In this document: positions 29,338 to 42,677 of the stretch, piece after piece
Position numbering within the stretch: position 1 is the stretch's first letter
Layout of the letters: each line of letters begins with the position of its first letter
Source of the DNA: Eledone cirrhosa
Lineage: Eukaryota
DNA: 64,000 bases
Direction: 5' to 3'
Assembly: GCA_964016885.1 (NCBI GenBank)
Contig: OZ024742.1
Coordinates: forward strand, 273,110,001-273,174,000
Translations under genes and position numbers: made by a program
Notes under the pieces: generated by a model
Told to the model about the DNA's origin: nothing
Seen by the model: the letters and a program-made list of their open reading frames with translations, nothing else
The model's database searches: none

Positions 29338-30395
29338 GCCATTTTGAAATGAATTCTTGACGCGATCGTTTTGGAAAATTTAATGTCTAGATATGAGCGA
29401 GCTTCCTGAAGAATCCGGAGCTCGATTTTATATAATTATTACATAATTATTGAATAATTCAAAACACGGACGAAACCATGGTAGAGGTATTTAAGTGTAT
29501 TCTATTTTCTCCTAGTTTATTTTAAACCTAATTCTGCTTAGTTGACTGTATCTAGGCGATTACGCTGTCGAAATATTCGATAAATATTCCAATACGACTG
29601 ACGCGAAGCGCTAGTTTTGGTTATTTGTTGGAGATTCCTTCATAGAAGCCTCATTCGTATAGCCTGGTCTATTCGATTTTTTATATAGTTAATTATGCTA
29701 ATTGGGAGAGGAAATAGTATATATTTTATCTTGTGATTCTATAGAGATGTTTTATGATATATAGCTCTGATTGTTTAATTTATTAATTTTTCATTGAGCC
29801 AAAAAGTGACCAGTTGCAAAACACGTATATGTATGCGTATGTATATATATATGTAAACTTTCATATGTAATAATCTCCCACTAGGTTAAGATACAAATTT
29901 GGCTGTATTGTGCTGTGCTTTCTAACAAAAATGCCACCAGTCGTAAGCAACTACCACACCCCTTCCAACTTGACCGCGACTACGTCACGATGTTTAGCCA
30001 TTTCGAAATGAATTCTTGGCGCGATCGTTTTGGAAAATTTAATGTCTAGATATGAGCGAGCTTCCTGAAGAGTCTGGCGCTCGATTTTATATAATTATTA
30101 CATAATTATTGGATAACTCAAAACACGGACGAAACCGTGGTAGAGGTATTTAAGTGTATTCTATTTTCTCCTAGTTCATTTTAAACCTAATTCTGCTTAG
30201 TTGACTGTATCTAGGCGATTACGCCGTCGAAATATTCGATAAATATTCCACTACGGTCGACGCGAAGCGCTAGTTTTGGTTATTTGTTGGAGATTCCTTC
30301 ATAGAAGCCTCATTCGTATAGCCTGGTCTATTCGATTTTTTATATAGTTAATTATGCTAATTGGGAGAGGAAATAGTATATATTTTATCTTGTGA
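29334..30395 (+). repeat. 659 bp partial tandem repeat (1.6 units), retrozyme-like
   Basis: TTTAGCCATTT(T/C)GAAATGAATTC recurs at 29334 and 29993. No ORF; bounded by (TA)n. Confidence 0.9.
29402..29487 (+). ncRNA. Type I hammerhead ribozyme; second copy 30061-30146
   Basis: CUUC-CUGAAGA-(A/G)UC(C/U)G..CGGAC-GAAA-CCAUGG-UA-GAGG. Confidence 0.8.
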
Positions 30396-30415
30396 TATAT
30401 ATATATATATATATA

Positions 30416-30600
30416 GTTTTAATATAGATGAGATTCTACAGGACTAGAACTGTTTCATTCATTAGAAATCATCGATGATTTCTAATGAATGAAACAGTTC
30501 TAGTCCTGAAGAATCTCATCTATATTAAAACTGTTATACTCTGCTATGTATTGAGTACCTTACTTACTGTGGTTACCTCCGATTCAACCCGGAATAACGT
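30416..30600. repeat. Fold-back palindrome (30416-30532) of an HHR-bearing PLE terminus, same family as 33360-33495
   Basis: Near-perfect palindrome centred on ATCATCGATGAT. Confidence 0.85.
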
Positions 30601-30648
30601 ATATATATATATATATATATATATCACATTTATATATATATAAAAACG

Positions 30649-30704
<56 letters not shown>

Positions 30705-31119
30705 CGTTTTTCATAATCACGCATGATGGTGAACTAGCCTATTTTAAAATTCCCTTTTCGGCATATTAAATCTGTGAGAATCCTGGTTATCGAGATGAGC
30801 TCTGCTGAAGATTGTATTCCAACCATGACCATCTCCACTGAAAGTTTTCATAAAATAGTCTTTAAGACTATACAGAGCATTTGAAGTTTTTCCAAATTGA
30901 AGGATGAGTATTATAAACTTTATTTTATCATGAGTTAAGGCTCCATTGATTTTTCCCTGGATTTCACAAAATTCTGTGCATAAATTTATATCCTGATTCT
31001 CTTTGAGATGAGTTTGAATTATTTTTCCCACATCTTACGTTAACTATTTTTCCCATTTTGACGCTATAGTCACTTATATATTATGGAGTGCTATTGGCTT
31101 TTCGCTGCAGTGTTTTCTA

Positions 31120-32245
<1,126 letters not shown>

Positions 32246-32309
32246 AAATGAAGTAATTCCGTCGGAAAAGTCCAGGGAAAAAGAGTGCTCTATGTAGGTA
32301 ACAGAGCTT

Positions 32310-32612
32310 AATCGTTATGTAATAAACAACATAAGGCAATTATTTCATTTACCAGTGGTTTCTTAAAACCAATAAAATGTAGCTTTCAATCATCAGAATG
32401 AAAAAATCCTGGCGTATTTATTGACGTTGGATTTTAAAAACAAAAATGCAATCTATATGTATAGATATAGATTGCATTTTTGTTTTTAAGATCCAACGTC
32501 AATAAATACGCCAGGATCTTTTCATTCTGATGACTGAAAGCAATTTTTTTTTGCTTTTAAAAGACCACAGGTAAATGAAATAATTGCCTTATGTTGTTTA
32601 TTAGATAACTAT
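32310..32612. repeat. ~145 bp-arm inverted repeat
   Basis: 32310-32458 is an imperfect reverse complement of 32466-32612. Confidence 0.85.
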
Positions 32613-32621
32613 AATATATAT

Positions 32622-32988
32622 AATAAAGTTAAATAAAAGTCAAATGATTAAAATTTAGCTTCGTTTATTGCTGCTATATATATTTCAGTGACAGCCATCT
32701 TTGGTTGTGACCTCTTCAGGCAGTTTGAATTATTATGGTATAGACAAGTACATATGTTGTTTAGGTGTATAATATTGTCAATACTATGATATGCCCAGTT
32801 CCTTGTTGGGTTGTTATTTCACTGAGGAACTGGAGTCATATGAATTTATACTATACCATACTCATTATATACCATACTAATTCAAACTGCCTGAAGACGT
32901 CACAACCAAAGATGTATGTCACTGAAATATATATAGCAGTAATAAACGAAGCTAAATTTTAATCATTTGACTTTTATTTAACTTTATT
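32622..32988. repeat. ~120 bp-arm inverted repeat carrying HHRs
   Basis: 32622-32742 is the reverse complement of 32868-32988. Confidence 0.85.
32886..32940 (+). ncRNA. Type I hammerhead ribozyme; inverted copy 32667-32724
   Basis: ACUGC-CUGAAGA-..-GAAA-UAUAUA-UA-GCAGU. Confidence 0.7.
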
Positions 32989-33088
32989 TTACACTACTCC
33001 GGAGTAACCAAACCAACCTGCGCACTTTGTCGAGTGCTCCAGCCTGCATACTAAGGTGTTGGTATACAACCAACATAAACTAAAAATC

Positions 33089-33134
<46 letters not shown>

Positions 33135-33136
<2 letters not shown>

Positions 33137-33342
33137 CGAAGGAAATGTGGTAAGGAACCAGATGGACCATAACGGACCAAAGTACTCAATACTTAGGGTA
33201 GTAGAGTGGGTAATAGGACGAGTAGGAACACGACGGCTGAGCTCAAGCCGTTTCGACGGCTAATACTGGACAGAATTATCCGTCCAGAATTATCCGTCGA
33301 AACGGCTTCAGCTCAGCCGTCGGGGTCCTACTCGTTCCTATA
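33135..33342. repeat. Terminus of the 42494 PLE family with fold-back (half HHRs)
   Basis: 33219-33272 is inverted at 33281-33340; contains GAAACGGCTTGAGCTCAGCCGTC. Confidence 0.8.
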
Positions 33343-33445
33343 TATATATAATATATAGGTAAGTTATTCCGGGTTGAATCCGAGGTAACCACAGTAAGTA
33401 AGGTACTCAATACATAGCAGAGTATAAAAGTTTTAATATAGATGA

Positions 33446-33494
33446 GATTCTACAGGACTAGAACCGTTTCATTCTTTAGAAATCAGCAGGAATC
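33446..33494 (-). ncRNA. Hammerhead ribozyme with core CUGCUGA (one mismatch)
   Basis: GAUUC-CUGCUGA-UUUCUAAAGAAU-GAAAC..GUA-GAAUC. The 30470 copies show GAUGA at the same position. Confidence 0.6.
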
Positions 33495-33948
33495 TTGCTT
33501 TCCAAAAATAAATGTTGTGGTATTTATATCTTTTCATGTGGTAGTAGAGGGTGGGGAGTGGGATGGGTGGAGATCATTGGTTGAAAGAAAAGGGAATTCG
33601 TTAAAAGCTAATTCTTTAAGGCTATAATTTATATTTAGAGTGACAAAGATGTCTGTAAACAAGTTCAGAATGGGGTGCCACTCCTTATTTTTAAGTTTCT
33701 TTTAAGATAACAATGCCTATATTTCAGGTGTCTATAAGATGGTTGGGGGTCGGTCATGGTTGATGGATTTAAAGAAAAGGGAAATTCTTTAAAAGCTAAT
33801 TCGTTAAAGCTCTACTAAGAGTGACAAAAACCAAGAGAATTCTATGAACCAGTTCAAAATATTGGGTGTCTATCATATCATCATTGTCATATTTCTCTTA
33901 AGCTATATTCCAGGTGTCAAGAGACACATTCACATACACATACACAGT

Positions 33949-34028
<80 letters not shown>

Positions 34029-34034
34029 TAAACG

Positions 34035-34066
<32 letters not shown>

Positions 34067-34092
34067 CACATATACATACGTATACAAACACA

Positions 34093-34129
<37 letters not shown>

Positions 34130-34169
34130 GCACACGTGAGAAAAACCACAGACCCTCCATCTCAACTCA

Positions 34170-34207
34170 CCTTTTGAAAAGCAGAAGAACTGCGAAACCG
34201 GTAAAGG
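34170..34207 (+). ncRNA. Minimal hammerhead ribozyme, U3-A8 variant; copies 17566-17603(-) and 52191-52228(+, decayed)
   Basis: CCUU-UUGAAAA-GCAG-AAGAA-CUGC-GAAA-CCGG-UA-AAGG. Confidence 0.8.
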
Positions 34208-34365
34208 AACCAAATAAATATATATATTTTAAAAAAAAATAAGACTCCAGTTGCATTTTCGATTTCATCTCTTTTTCTTTATACTTTCACTCGTGTAGGA
34301 CACATCGGTTATTTTTCATTTTGTAAAAAAAACTCACTTTCTAATATATATATATGTTTATATAT

Positions 34366-34410
34366 TGTCAAAGTTCTTTCGTCACACATTATGTGACCTC
34401 TTCAGTGACA
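34366..34410 (-). ncRNA. Minimal hammerhead ribozyme at the PLE4 3' end; second copy 38437-38481
   Basis: UGUCA-CUGAAGA-GGUCACAUAAUGUGUGAC-GAAA-GAAC-UU-UGACA. Confidence 0.8.
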
Positions 34411-34619
34411 GGGGATTATTTTCTTTGTTTTTGTGCCTCTCCTTTGTTCTGTCCTACGCCATTTTGTTTCTGTGTGTGTGTTGTGTGCTCCGTCTGCGAT
34501 TGCGCCACATCCGGGTGTCTGTGTGTGTTTATATTCGTTTATTTATTTGTTTATTTACGTGTTACAGGTTGGTTGTTTGTTCTATGTGCGTGTGTGTTTT
34601 CAGCTTGTCCTTAATTGTA

Positions 34620-37600
34620 AGTTGTGATGTTGCTGTACAACTCATGTTTTCTATTTAATTTTGGTTGTAATTCTTTTATGTTTATTGCCTCTCTGTGATT
34701 TGTCTAAACATTGCGTCTTTTATGTGTGTAAATTCTATTTTTATTTCTATGTTCTCTAATTTACCCTTATGTTCTATTTTAGCATGTTGGTAGAGTACAG
34801 ATGATTCTTTACTATCTTGAAGGTCTCGCCAGTGTTCATTTATCGGTTCCCCTACACTACGAGCTGTCTCACCTATGTACACTATATTTTTGTCTCTACA
34901 TTGTCCTTCAGTACATCTTATGCTATATACTACATTTCTAGTTTCACAGTTAATATTGGGTATTAATTTACAGGTTATACATTCCTTATCTATACAGGGG
35001 GTCTTTGAAAAGGGTATGTCTTGCTAACAAGTGTTTTTACGGAGGTATCTGGTCTTTCTACTATCTTAATATTGAGTTTATGTTTATCTAGGGCCCTTTT
35101 AAATTTGTAAGGTAATTCACCTCTAGGGGTTGTATCGATGAACATTACACTCTGGTATTTATTGCTATCATACCATGAGTTTATTCTATTAGCCCTATTC
35201 GTAGTTCTTTCTATTCTATTCCAAAAGTTGCTCCTATACAAGGGGCAGGTCCTATTTGTGTCATTATTTACCATTTTTCCCCATTTGGTTCTGGCTCCTC
35301 TATACACTCTGATTTTATCTTTCAGATTGTAACCAGAGAACTACATACGGTGGATGAAGTGTTGTATGTGTCTCTCTAGTTCTTCGGGGTTGCACATGCG
35401 GGACACGTTTCTCATCACCCGTACCAAATCCGCAATCAGTATGTTGATTTTCGTATGGTCCGAAACAGCTGAGTTTCGGTGGATCAGATGTTTGGAAGTC
35501 ATGGGTTTGGCATAATGGGAATGGAAGATTTGTTTTTTGTTATTAATGGTATCTAACCAGAGCTCTGTGTCTAGTACAGGTAATCGATGGTTGGGGTGTT
35601 TACTTGGGTAGTCTATAGTAACTCTAATAATCGGGTGGATGGAGTTAGCTATTTGCTGGATGCTCTCCATTGTGTTTTTCTCTAGTTCCTGACTGTTCTC
35701 TAGTTGGGGGTGTTTAACTACGATGTTTATATCATCAACGTTGCGGGAGAACATTATCAGGGTTAAGGGGTCTTCTAATTGTTCTTTAAGTTTAAGTTTA
35801 AGTCTACTGTCCCACCATACCATGAATAAGTTAGCTATGTCGCCTGCAATGCTAACACCAATGGCTGCTCCTTCCTCTTGGGCATATGTTTTTCCATTAA
35901 ATTTGAACATATGTCCCTTAAGGGTTAATTTTATGCTGGCCCCCACCGCATGTGCAATCATTTTCTTTAGTTCATCGTGGTTTTCGGGTGTCCGTATGGC
36001 TCTGGTCCAACAGTTCCATCTATCTGTGTGGGTTTTCTTGGCCATTGAGGTAATGGTAGGAGGTCTGCCTCTTGCTGGTCTTGTAGGGCACAGGTTGCTA
36101 AGGTCATATGCGTCTAGGTAATTATTACTAGAGGTAAGTTTAAGTAGGAGTCCCAGCTCACTGGTATCAATCCCACGGAACTCAACATTGCTCTCACTGA
36201 TCTTTTCTACGCATTTATCCACAGCAAAATCCACGTCAATAGATGGATACAGGGACACAACATCCATACTACCTATTATGCAGTTTGTTAGGTCCCTAGA
36301 TCGGTTACTCTCGCCGATTCTGCTGAGGAGGTCCTCCGTGCTGTCACATACATCTGGGGACATTTCAATGATGGGGCGTATGATCAGGGAGATGAAGTAG
36401 GACAGTCTGAAGTTACCCGCAATGTTAGCTCCACAGACTGGCCGTGTTGGTGGTCCCGTGACAGGGTCACTGCCTGTTTTATGGTCTTTTCGAAGCCCAT
36501 ACAACGCCGGCACGTCATTGTTCCAGGCCTGGATTTTGTTGGCAGTCCTTTTGTTGGGCTGTATTATATTCGTCCTCATCACCATGAGGGCATTGATGGC
36601 TTTTTCTCTATCCTCATGCTCTTGTGGTGTTATTTCTCTTGTGTTAGTGATGTGGGGTTGCATTGTCTGGATGTAGTTTGGCAGACTGTCAACCGACATT
36701 CTGCCAGACTTGTCTGTTGGAAAGCATGCTATCTCTCCATTACGCGAGCGCTGCATGAGCTTACGCAAGCCATTTTCAGATTTTTCTCCCAGATGTTGGG
36801 CCTCCATTCTATTATGCTTCTTGCTATACTGTTCTATAATATTTCTAAGTTCAGATCTAGATATACTAAAATGTGCTTCTGTTTGTTCATCGACCTGCGA
36901 CGGCAATTGCGTGCGTTTGTTAAATGGTAAAGTCGTGGCGAGGACTCGTCGCAGGTCGAACGACTTATCGGAGGGATTATAAAATGTAGAGTTCCAGGCT
37001 GCTGCTTTATGTGTACTAGTGCTATTGTTATTGTTAGTTGTGTTGTTTCTATTTCTATTTCCACCAACGGCCTCTTGGTTGTTTCTATGTCTCTCATTAT
37101 TACTCCTGTCTGTTTCCACTGGCTCATTGTTATTACCTACTCTATTTTGTGTGTCTGTGTGTTCGTCTTGGTTATTTTCTTTGTCCATAGTCTCCCTTCT
37201 CCTTTCAATCCTATTATCTTCCCTTATTTCTGTGCTACTGTCATTACCTGTTTTCTGTGTCTGTGTGTTTGTTAAGATTGTGGTGGTGGTGAGAGGCATT
37301 TAATGTGTGTGTGTGTGTGTTGTTGTTGTTGCTGATGTGTGCTGTTCTTGATGTGTGTTGTTGTTGTTGTCTCCGTTTGTGTTATTATTGTTGTGTGAGT
37401 TGTTACTGTTGTTTGTGTCTGCGTGTCTGTTGTTGTTTCTGAGTAAGTTATTATTGTTGATGTGTGTGTTGTTGTTATTGTTGTTTGTGTCTGTGTGTCT
37501 GTTGTTGTTGGGATGTGTGTTGTATATGTGCATGCGTATCTTGTTACTTTTGTTTTTGTCTTTGAGGCTCCAACGTAATTTTGTAAATGATTTTTCTATT

Positions 37601-38321
37601 TCTGACAAGCAACTAATTATATTTACCTTATTGAATGTGGCATACTTAGATGGAAGTTGTAATACAGATAATTCATCAGAATCTACAGTAGTGTTGCCGT
37701 ATATATTTATGTTGTTGTTGTTGAACTCATCTGTTAATGAGGTGTCGGCCATATTTATACCGTCAATTTTGTCGGGATATCTATTGGTATTCTCTACAGT
37801 ATCCTGATTTAGTTTTATCTGCTTAAGCCACTTTAGTTTCTTGTTAAAGTTCGTATCACATTCTTGAGCAATGTACTGTTCTTCAGGACGTATAAGGCTT
37901 ATAAATATTAGTTTTTCTCTTGGTGTGGTGATCCTAGTTATTTCCTGTATTAGGTTACGCTTATGTTTTTCTTGATGACTTAATTCTCTATAGATCTTCT
38001 TTTTTTTATGTTTAGAATTAGTGTTCCTTTTAGCCTATCAGCTTGCTTTTTGGTGAGTTGTAATCTTCTTACATCGGTGTTGATGTTGTTGGTGTAAACT
38101 CGGGACGAGGCAGATTCTTTTATGAAGTGTAGTTGTCGAGATGTTATTGTTTTTCGTAGACAACAGAACATGGTCGTTTTCAGTATCTTCTTAGCCTGGC
38201 TAAGGCTTACGATATTTCGTTTCTGAATTTGTTTAGCAAGATTCTTTATCTGAAAACGTGTGTTCAAAACGATATTGTTATACTTTGGGAGGGTCATGTT
38301 GCCAATAAGGAACACATGCAC
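34620..38321 (-). pseudogene. PLE4 polyprotein: long N-terminus, RT, GIY-YIG
   Basis: Motifs PTDKSGR, LYGLRKDHK..PTRPVCGA, GSMDVVSLYPSI, GAAIG, SRNVDD (Y to N), LPVLD and YIGETARSVGE(R/P)INEH; several stops and frameshifts. Confidence 0.9.
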
Positions 38322-39197
38322 CAGTTGCTTTCACTTCAATTTATTATAATAAATTTATAAATTGAGGAATTTATAAAGGAATTTATAAATTTCCGGTTGG
38401 TTGGTTGGTTCCACAACCGGATGGTTGTTTATATATTGTCAAAGTTCTTTCGTCACACATTCTTTGACCTCTTCAGTGACTGGGGATTCTTTTCTTTGTT
38501 TGTGTGCCTCTCATTGTTCTGTCCTACGCCATTTTGTTTCTGTGTGTGTGTTGTGTGCTCCGTCTGCGAATGCGCCACATCCGGGTGTCTGTGTGTGTTT
38601 ATATTCGTTTATTTATTTGTTTATTTACGTGTTACAGGTTGGTTATTTGTTCTATGTGCGTGTGTGTTTTCATTTTGTCCTTAATTGTAAGTTGTGATGT
38701 TGCTGTTCCACTCATGTTTTCTATTTAATTTTGATTGTAATTTTTTAATATTTATTGCCTCTATGATTTGTCTAAACATTGCGTCTTTTATGTGTGTAGA
38801 TTCTATTTTTATTTCTATGTTCTCTAATTTACCCTTATGTTCTATTTTAGCATGTTGGTAGAGTACAGATGATTCATTACTATCTTGAAAGTCTCGCCAG
38901 TGTTCATTTATCCGTTCCCCTACACTACGAGCTGTCTCACCTATGTACACTATATTTTTGACTCTACATTGTCCTTCAGTACAACTTATGCTATATACTA
39001 TATTTCTATTTTCATAGTTAATATGGTGGCTTATTTACAGGTTATACATTTCTTACCTATACAGGGGCTCTTTGAAAATGGTATGTCTTGCTAATAAGTG
39101 TTTTGACGGAGGTACCAGGTCTTTCTACTATCTTAATATTGAGTTTATGTTTATCTATATATATACATATATATATATATATATTTATATATATGTG

Positions 39198-39246
<49 letters not shown>

Positions 39247-39248
<2 letters not shown>

Positions 39249-39368
39249 TAAAATAACAGATTAAAGTCTAAGCAAAGAATCGGTGCTTTCACCCTTAATG
39301 GGATCTTCTGAAACCGTTGAGGGTGAAAGCAGCGATTCTTTGCTTAAACTTTAATCTGTTATTTTAAT
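39247..39368. repeat. Short fold-back of a PLE terminus with a decayed HHR
   Basis: ~50 bp arms; the minus strand reads CAGAAGA-UCCCAUUAAGGGU-GAAAGC. Confidence 0.65.
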
Positions 39369-39457
39369 AAATATTTGCTCTACGGTTCTTATATATTTGA
39401 TATATATTTATCCTTATCTAGCCCTCTTTGGATTTTAATCTTCAAATTTATTATTAT

Positions 39458-39494
<37 letters not shown>

Positions 39495-39497
<3 letters not shown>

Positions 39498-42400
39498 GAG
39501 GAAATGTGGTAAGGAACCAGGTGGACCATAACGCACCAAAGTACTCAATACTTAGGGTAGTAGAGTGGGTAATAGGAACGAGTAGGACCCCGACGGCTGA
39601 GCTCAAGCCGTTTGGACGGCTAATTCTGCACTAACTGAACATTTTTAAAATGGTATCTGAATAGCCGAGCTTCTCAAGAGGTAATTCCATATATGGTAAA
39701 AGTGGTTGTCACAAGGATTGGTCAAAAGTTTGTTGTTGAGACATAATAATTATATGATGGCAATTTGTGGAGGGAAGGGGTAGCTGAACCTGCCAGTAAC
39801 AGAAAGAGGGAGAGGGGGTGGAGGAGACCCATTTATGCGTTGATAGTGCCGACTACAGCTGGGCATGAGGTCAAAGAAGATACTAGGGAGGGGGAGGGGG
39901 AGGAAGTCGAAACAATAGGTAGAACAATATAGGGTAAAAATATAAAAAATACCGAGAATTTTAAAAAGCAATTAAATGTAAAAAAAAAAAAAAACAATTT
40001 CTGGTTACTACGACCTAAGTCTCACACTGGTACAGCTAGGCTAAAGAAAGGTATACTAGGTGGGACGGAATTATAATGAGACCCTTTTAAGAGGTATAAG
40101 TAATAAACCGAGTATATCTTACGGTGACGGGTCAACAAGTGAGGAGTCAAAATACTAAAGAAACTACCACGAAATAATAAATAAAGGTTTCTACCCCAAG
40201 TACAAGGTCAGCAACCACCCAGTGCAAAAAAGTAAACTAATACGAAATAATAATTCAGAGTCCCGAAAAAAATACTAATACTATCTCTAAGGGTGGCGCC
40301 ACGATACAAAAGTTCTAGTGCAAGCTACATAAAAGCTCGTACAAAGTATATGTAAAATTTGATACGGAAAATTAATTCAGAATCCCCCCCCCCCCCCCCC
40401 CCAAAAAAAAAATATATAAATACTGATATACGAGAAATTAAAGCAAAGATACCACTAAGAAATATAGAAAGCACGGAAAAGGGGCAGCGGTTGGATAAGA
40501 GGGCAAGTATCCAGGTTTAACACATCTGCTATAAAAAGCGGAGTCAGCCAAATCTATCATAGAATATGGGAAGAGGGTGGGGGTACTGAGGCTACAAAGG
40601 ACCCAGGGGCTGCCTCGGTTGTGCGAGAAAAAGACGACGACAAAGAAGGGGAACTGGGGTGGAAGGACTAGGGATTGATAGGGGAAGAAGGAAATATAGA
40701 GGAAGCGATACAACGATATAAAAGAAGATCTTACGTCTACCTTTGCAATCAGGGGTTACCCATTACAAAATCGGCAAGTGGGGTGTTATAGCCCTAGTCT
40801 ACCACCCCGGGTCATTATGGGGTTTGAGGGCAAGGTATGTCTTACGCAATCTGTGTTTACATGCAGTAACCAGTTCATCTTTCTTGTTTAGGAGTTGGTC
40901 CGTCGAAAACAGCATTTGTAAAGTTTCCTCCGAGCATAAATTGCACGGACGGCGTCCTCCCGTGTAAGAGTTGGCTCTGGACAGTAAGCTCCAAGTGAGA
41001 TCATAGGTAATGTTGTTATCCTTGAGGTCCCAACAAATTATATAGGATTAACCGCATGTGACTTTAAGACCTGACTATACCAACACAGACATACCTTCCG
41101 AAACCCGGCCCGGCGTCACGCCACTACACTTTCGGGCCACATATGGGACCTCAAGGATAACAACATTACCTATGATCTCACTTGGAGCTTACTGTCCAGA
41201 GCCAACTCTTACACGGGAGGACGCCGTCCGTGCAATTTATGCTCGGAGGAAACTTTACAAATGCTGTTTTCGACGGACCACCTCCTCAACAAGAAAGATG
41301 AACTGGTTACTGCATGTAAACACAGATTGCGTAGGACTTACCTCGCCCTCAAACCCCATAATGACCCGTGTGGGGGGCGGGGGGTAGACTAGGGCTATAA
41401 CACCCCACTTGCCGATTTTGTAATGGGTAACCCCTGCTTGCAAAGGTAGACGTAAGATCTTTTATATCTTTGTATCGCTTCCTCTATATTTCCTTCTTCC
41501 CTCTATCAATCCCTAGTCCTTCCACCCCAGTTCTCCTGCTTTGTCGTCTTTTTCTCGCCCACTCGAGACAGCCCGTCGGTCCTTTGTAGCCTCAGTACCC
41601 CCACCCTCTTCCCTTATTCTATGATAGATTTGGCCGACTCCGCTTTTCATAGCAGATGTGTTAGACCTGGGTACTTGCCCTCTTATCCAACCGCTGCCCC
41701 TTTTCCGTGCTTTCTATATTTCTTAGTGGTATCTTTGCTTTAACTTCTCGTATATCAGTATTTATTTTTTTTTTGGGGGGGGGGGATTCTGAATTAATTT
41801 TCCGTATCAAATTTTACATATACTTCGTACGAGCTTTTATGTAGCTTGCACTAGAACATTTGTATCGTGGCGGCACACTTAGAGATAGTATTAGTATTCT
41901 TTTTCGGGTCTCTGAATTATTATTTCGTATTAATTTACTTGTTTGCACTGAGTGGTTGCTGGCGTTGTGCCTAGGGTAGAAACCTTTATTTATTATTTCG
42001 TGGTAGTTTCTTTAGTATTTTGGCACCTCACTTGTTGACCCGTCACCGTAAGATATACTCGGTTTATTACTTATACCTCTTAAAAGGGTCTCATTATAAT
42101 TCCGTCCCACCTAGTATACCTTTCTTTAGCCTAGCAGTACCAGTGAGAGACTTGGGTCGTAGTAACCAGAAATTGTTTTTTTTTTTGTTTTTTTTACATT
42201 TAATTGCTTTTTAAGACTCTCGGTATTTTTCTATATTTTTACCCTATATTGTTCTACTTATTGTTTCGACTTCCTCCCCCGCCCCCTCCCTACTATCTTC
42301 TTTGACCTCATGCCCAGCTGTAGTCGGCACTATCAACGCATGAATGGGTCTCCTCCACCCCCTCTCCCTCTTTATCCTACTGACAGGTTCAGCTACCCCT

Positions 42401-42599
42401 TCCCTCCACAAATTGCCATCATAGAATTATTATGTCTCAACAACAAACTTTTGACCAATCCTTGTGAGAACCACTTTTACCATATATGGAATTACCCCTT
42501 GAGAAGCTCGGCTATTCAAATACCAGGACAAACATTTTCATTTAGTCCAGAATTAGCCATCGAAACGGCTTGAGCTCGACCGTTGGGGTCGTACTCGCT

Positions 42600-42605
<6 letters not shown>
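39495..42605. mobile_element. 3.1 kb palindromic PLE relic: GIY-YIG 3' end plus ~1.2 kb 3'UTR, duplicated in inversion
   Basis: 39570-41031 is the reverse complement of ~41143-42604. The plus strand from ~41039 reads YIGLTACDFKT*LYQHRHTF..TTLSGHIWDLKD..W..CNLCSEE..LLNKKDELVTACKHR. Confidence 0.9.
42494..42589 (+). ncRNA. Hammerhead ribozyme, U3-A8 variant; copies 39587-39682(-) and 52918-53013(+)
   Basis: Consensus ACCCC-UUGAGAA-GCUCGGCUA..UAGCCGUC-GAAA-CGGCU-UGAGCUC-AGCCG-UC-GGGGU. Each individual copy carries some damage. Confidence 0.75.

Positions 42606-42677
<72 letters not shown>

Larger units (their letters stand above)
34356..39157 (-). mobile_element. Penelope-like element 4 (a different PLE lineage) in partial-tandem form
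   Basis: 38427-39155 repeats 34356-35089 (GIY-YIG end plus 3'UTR) upstream of the ORF, the classic PLE pseudo-LTR layout. Confidence 0.9.

Noticed and set aside
30744-31110. 95 aa ORF, possible RT relic
   Set aside because: No convincing motif could be read.
41072-41074. In-frame TGA in a PLE endonuclease as possible selenocysteine
   Set aside because: It falls at the conserved Arg of FKxR, so CGA-to-TGA CpG decay is the simpler explanation. These PLEs also have a C-terminal endonuclease, unlike the Sec-encoding Naiads.
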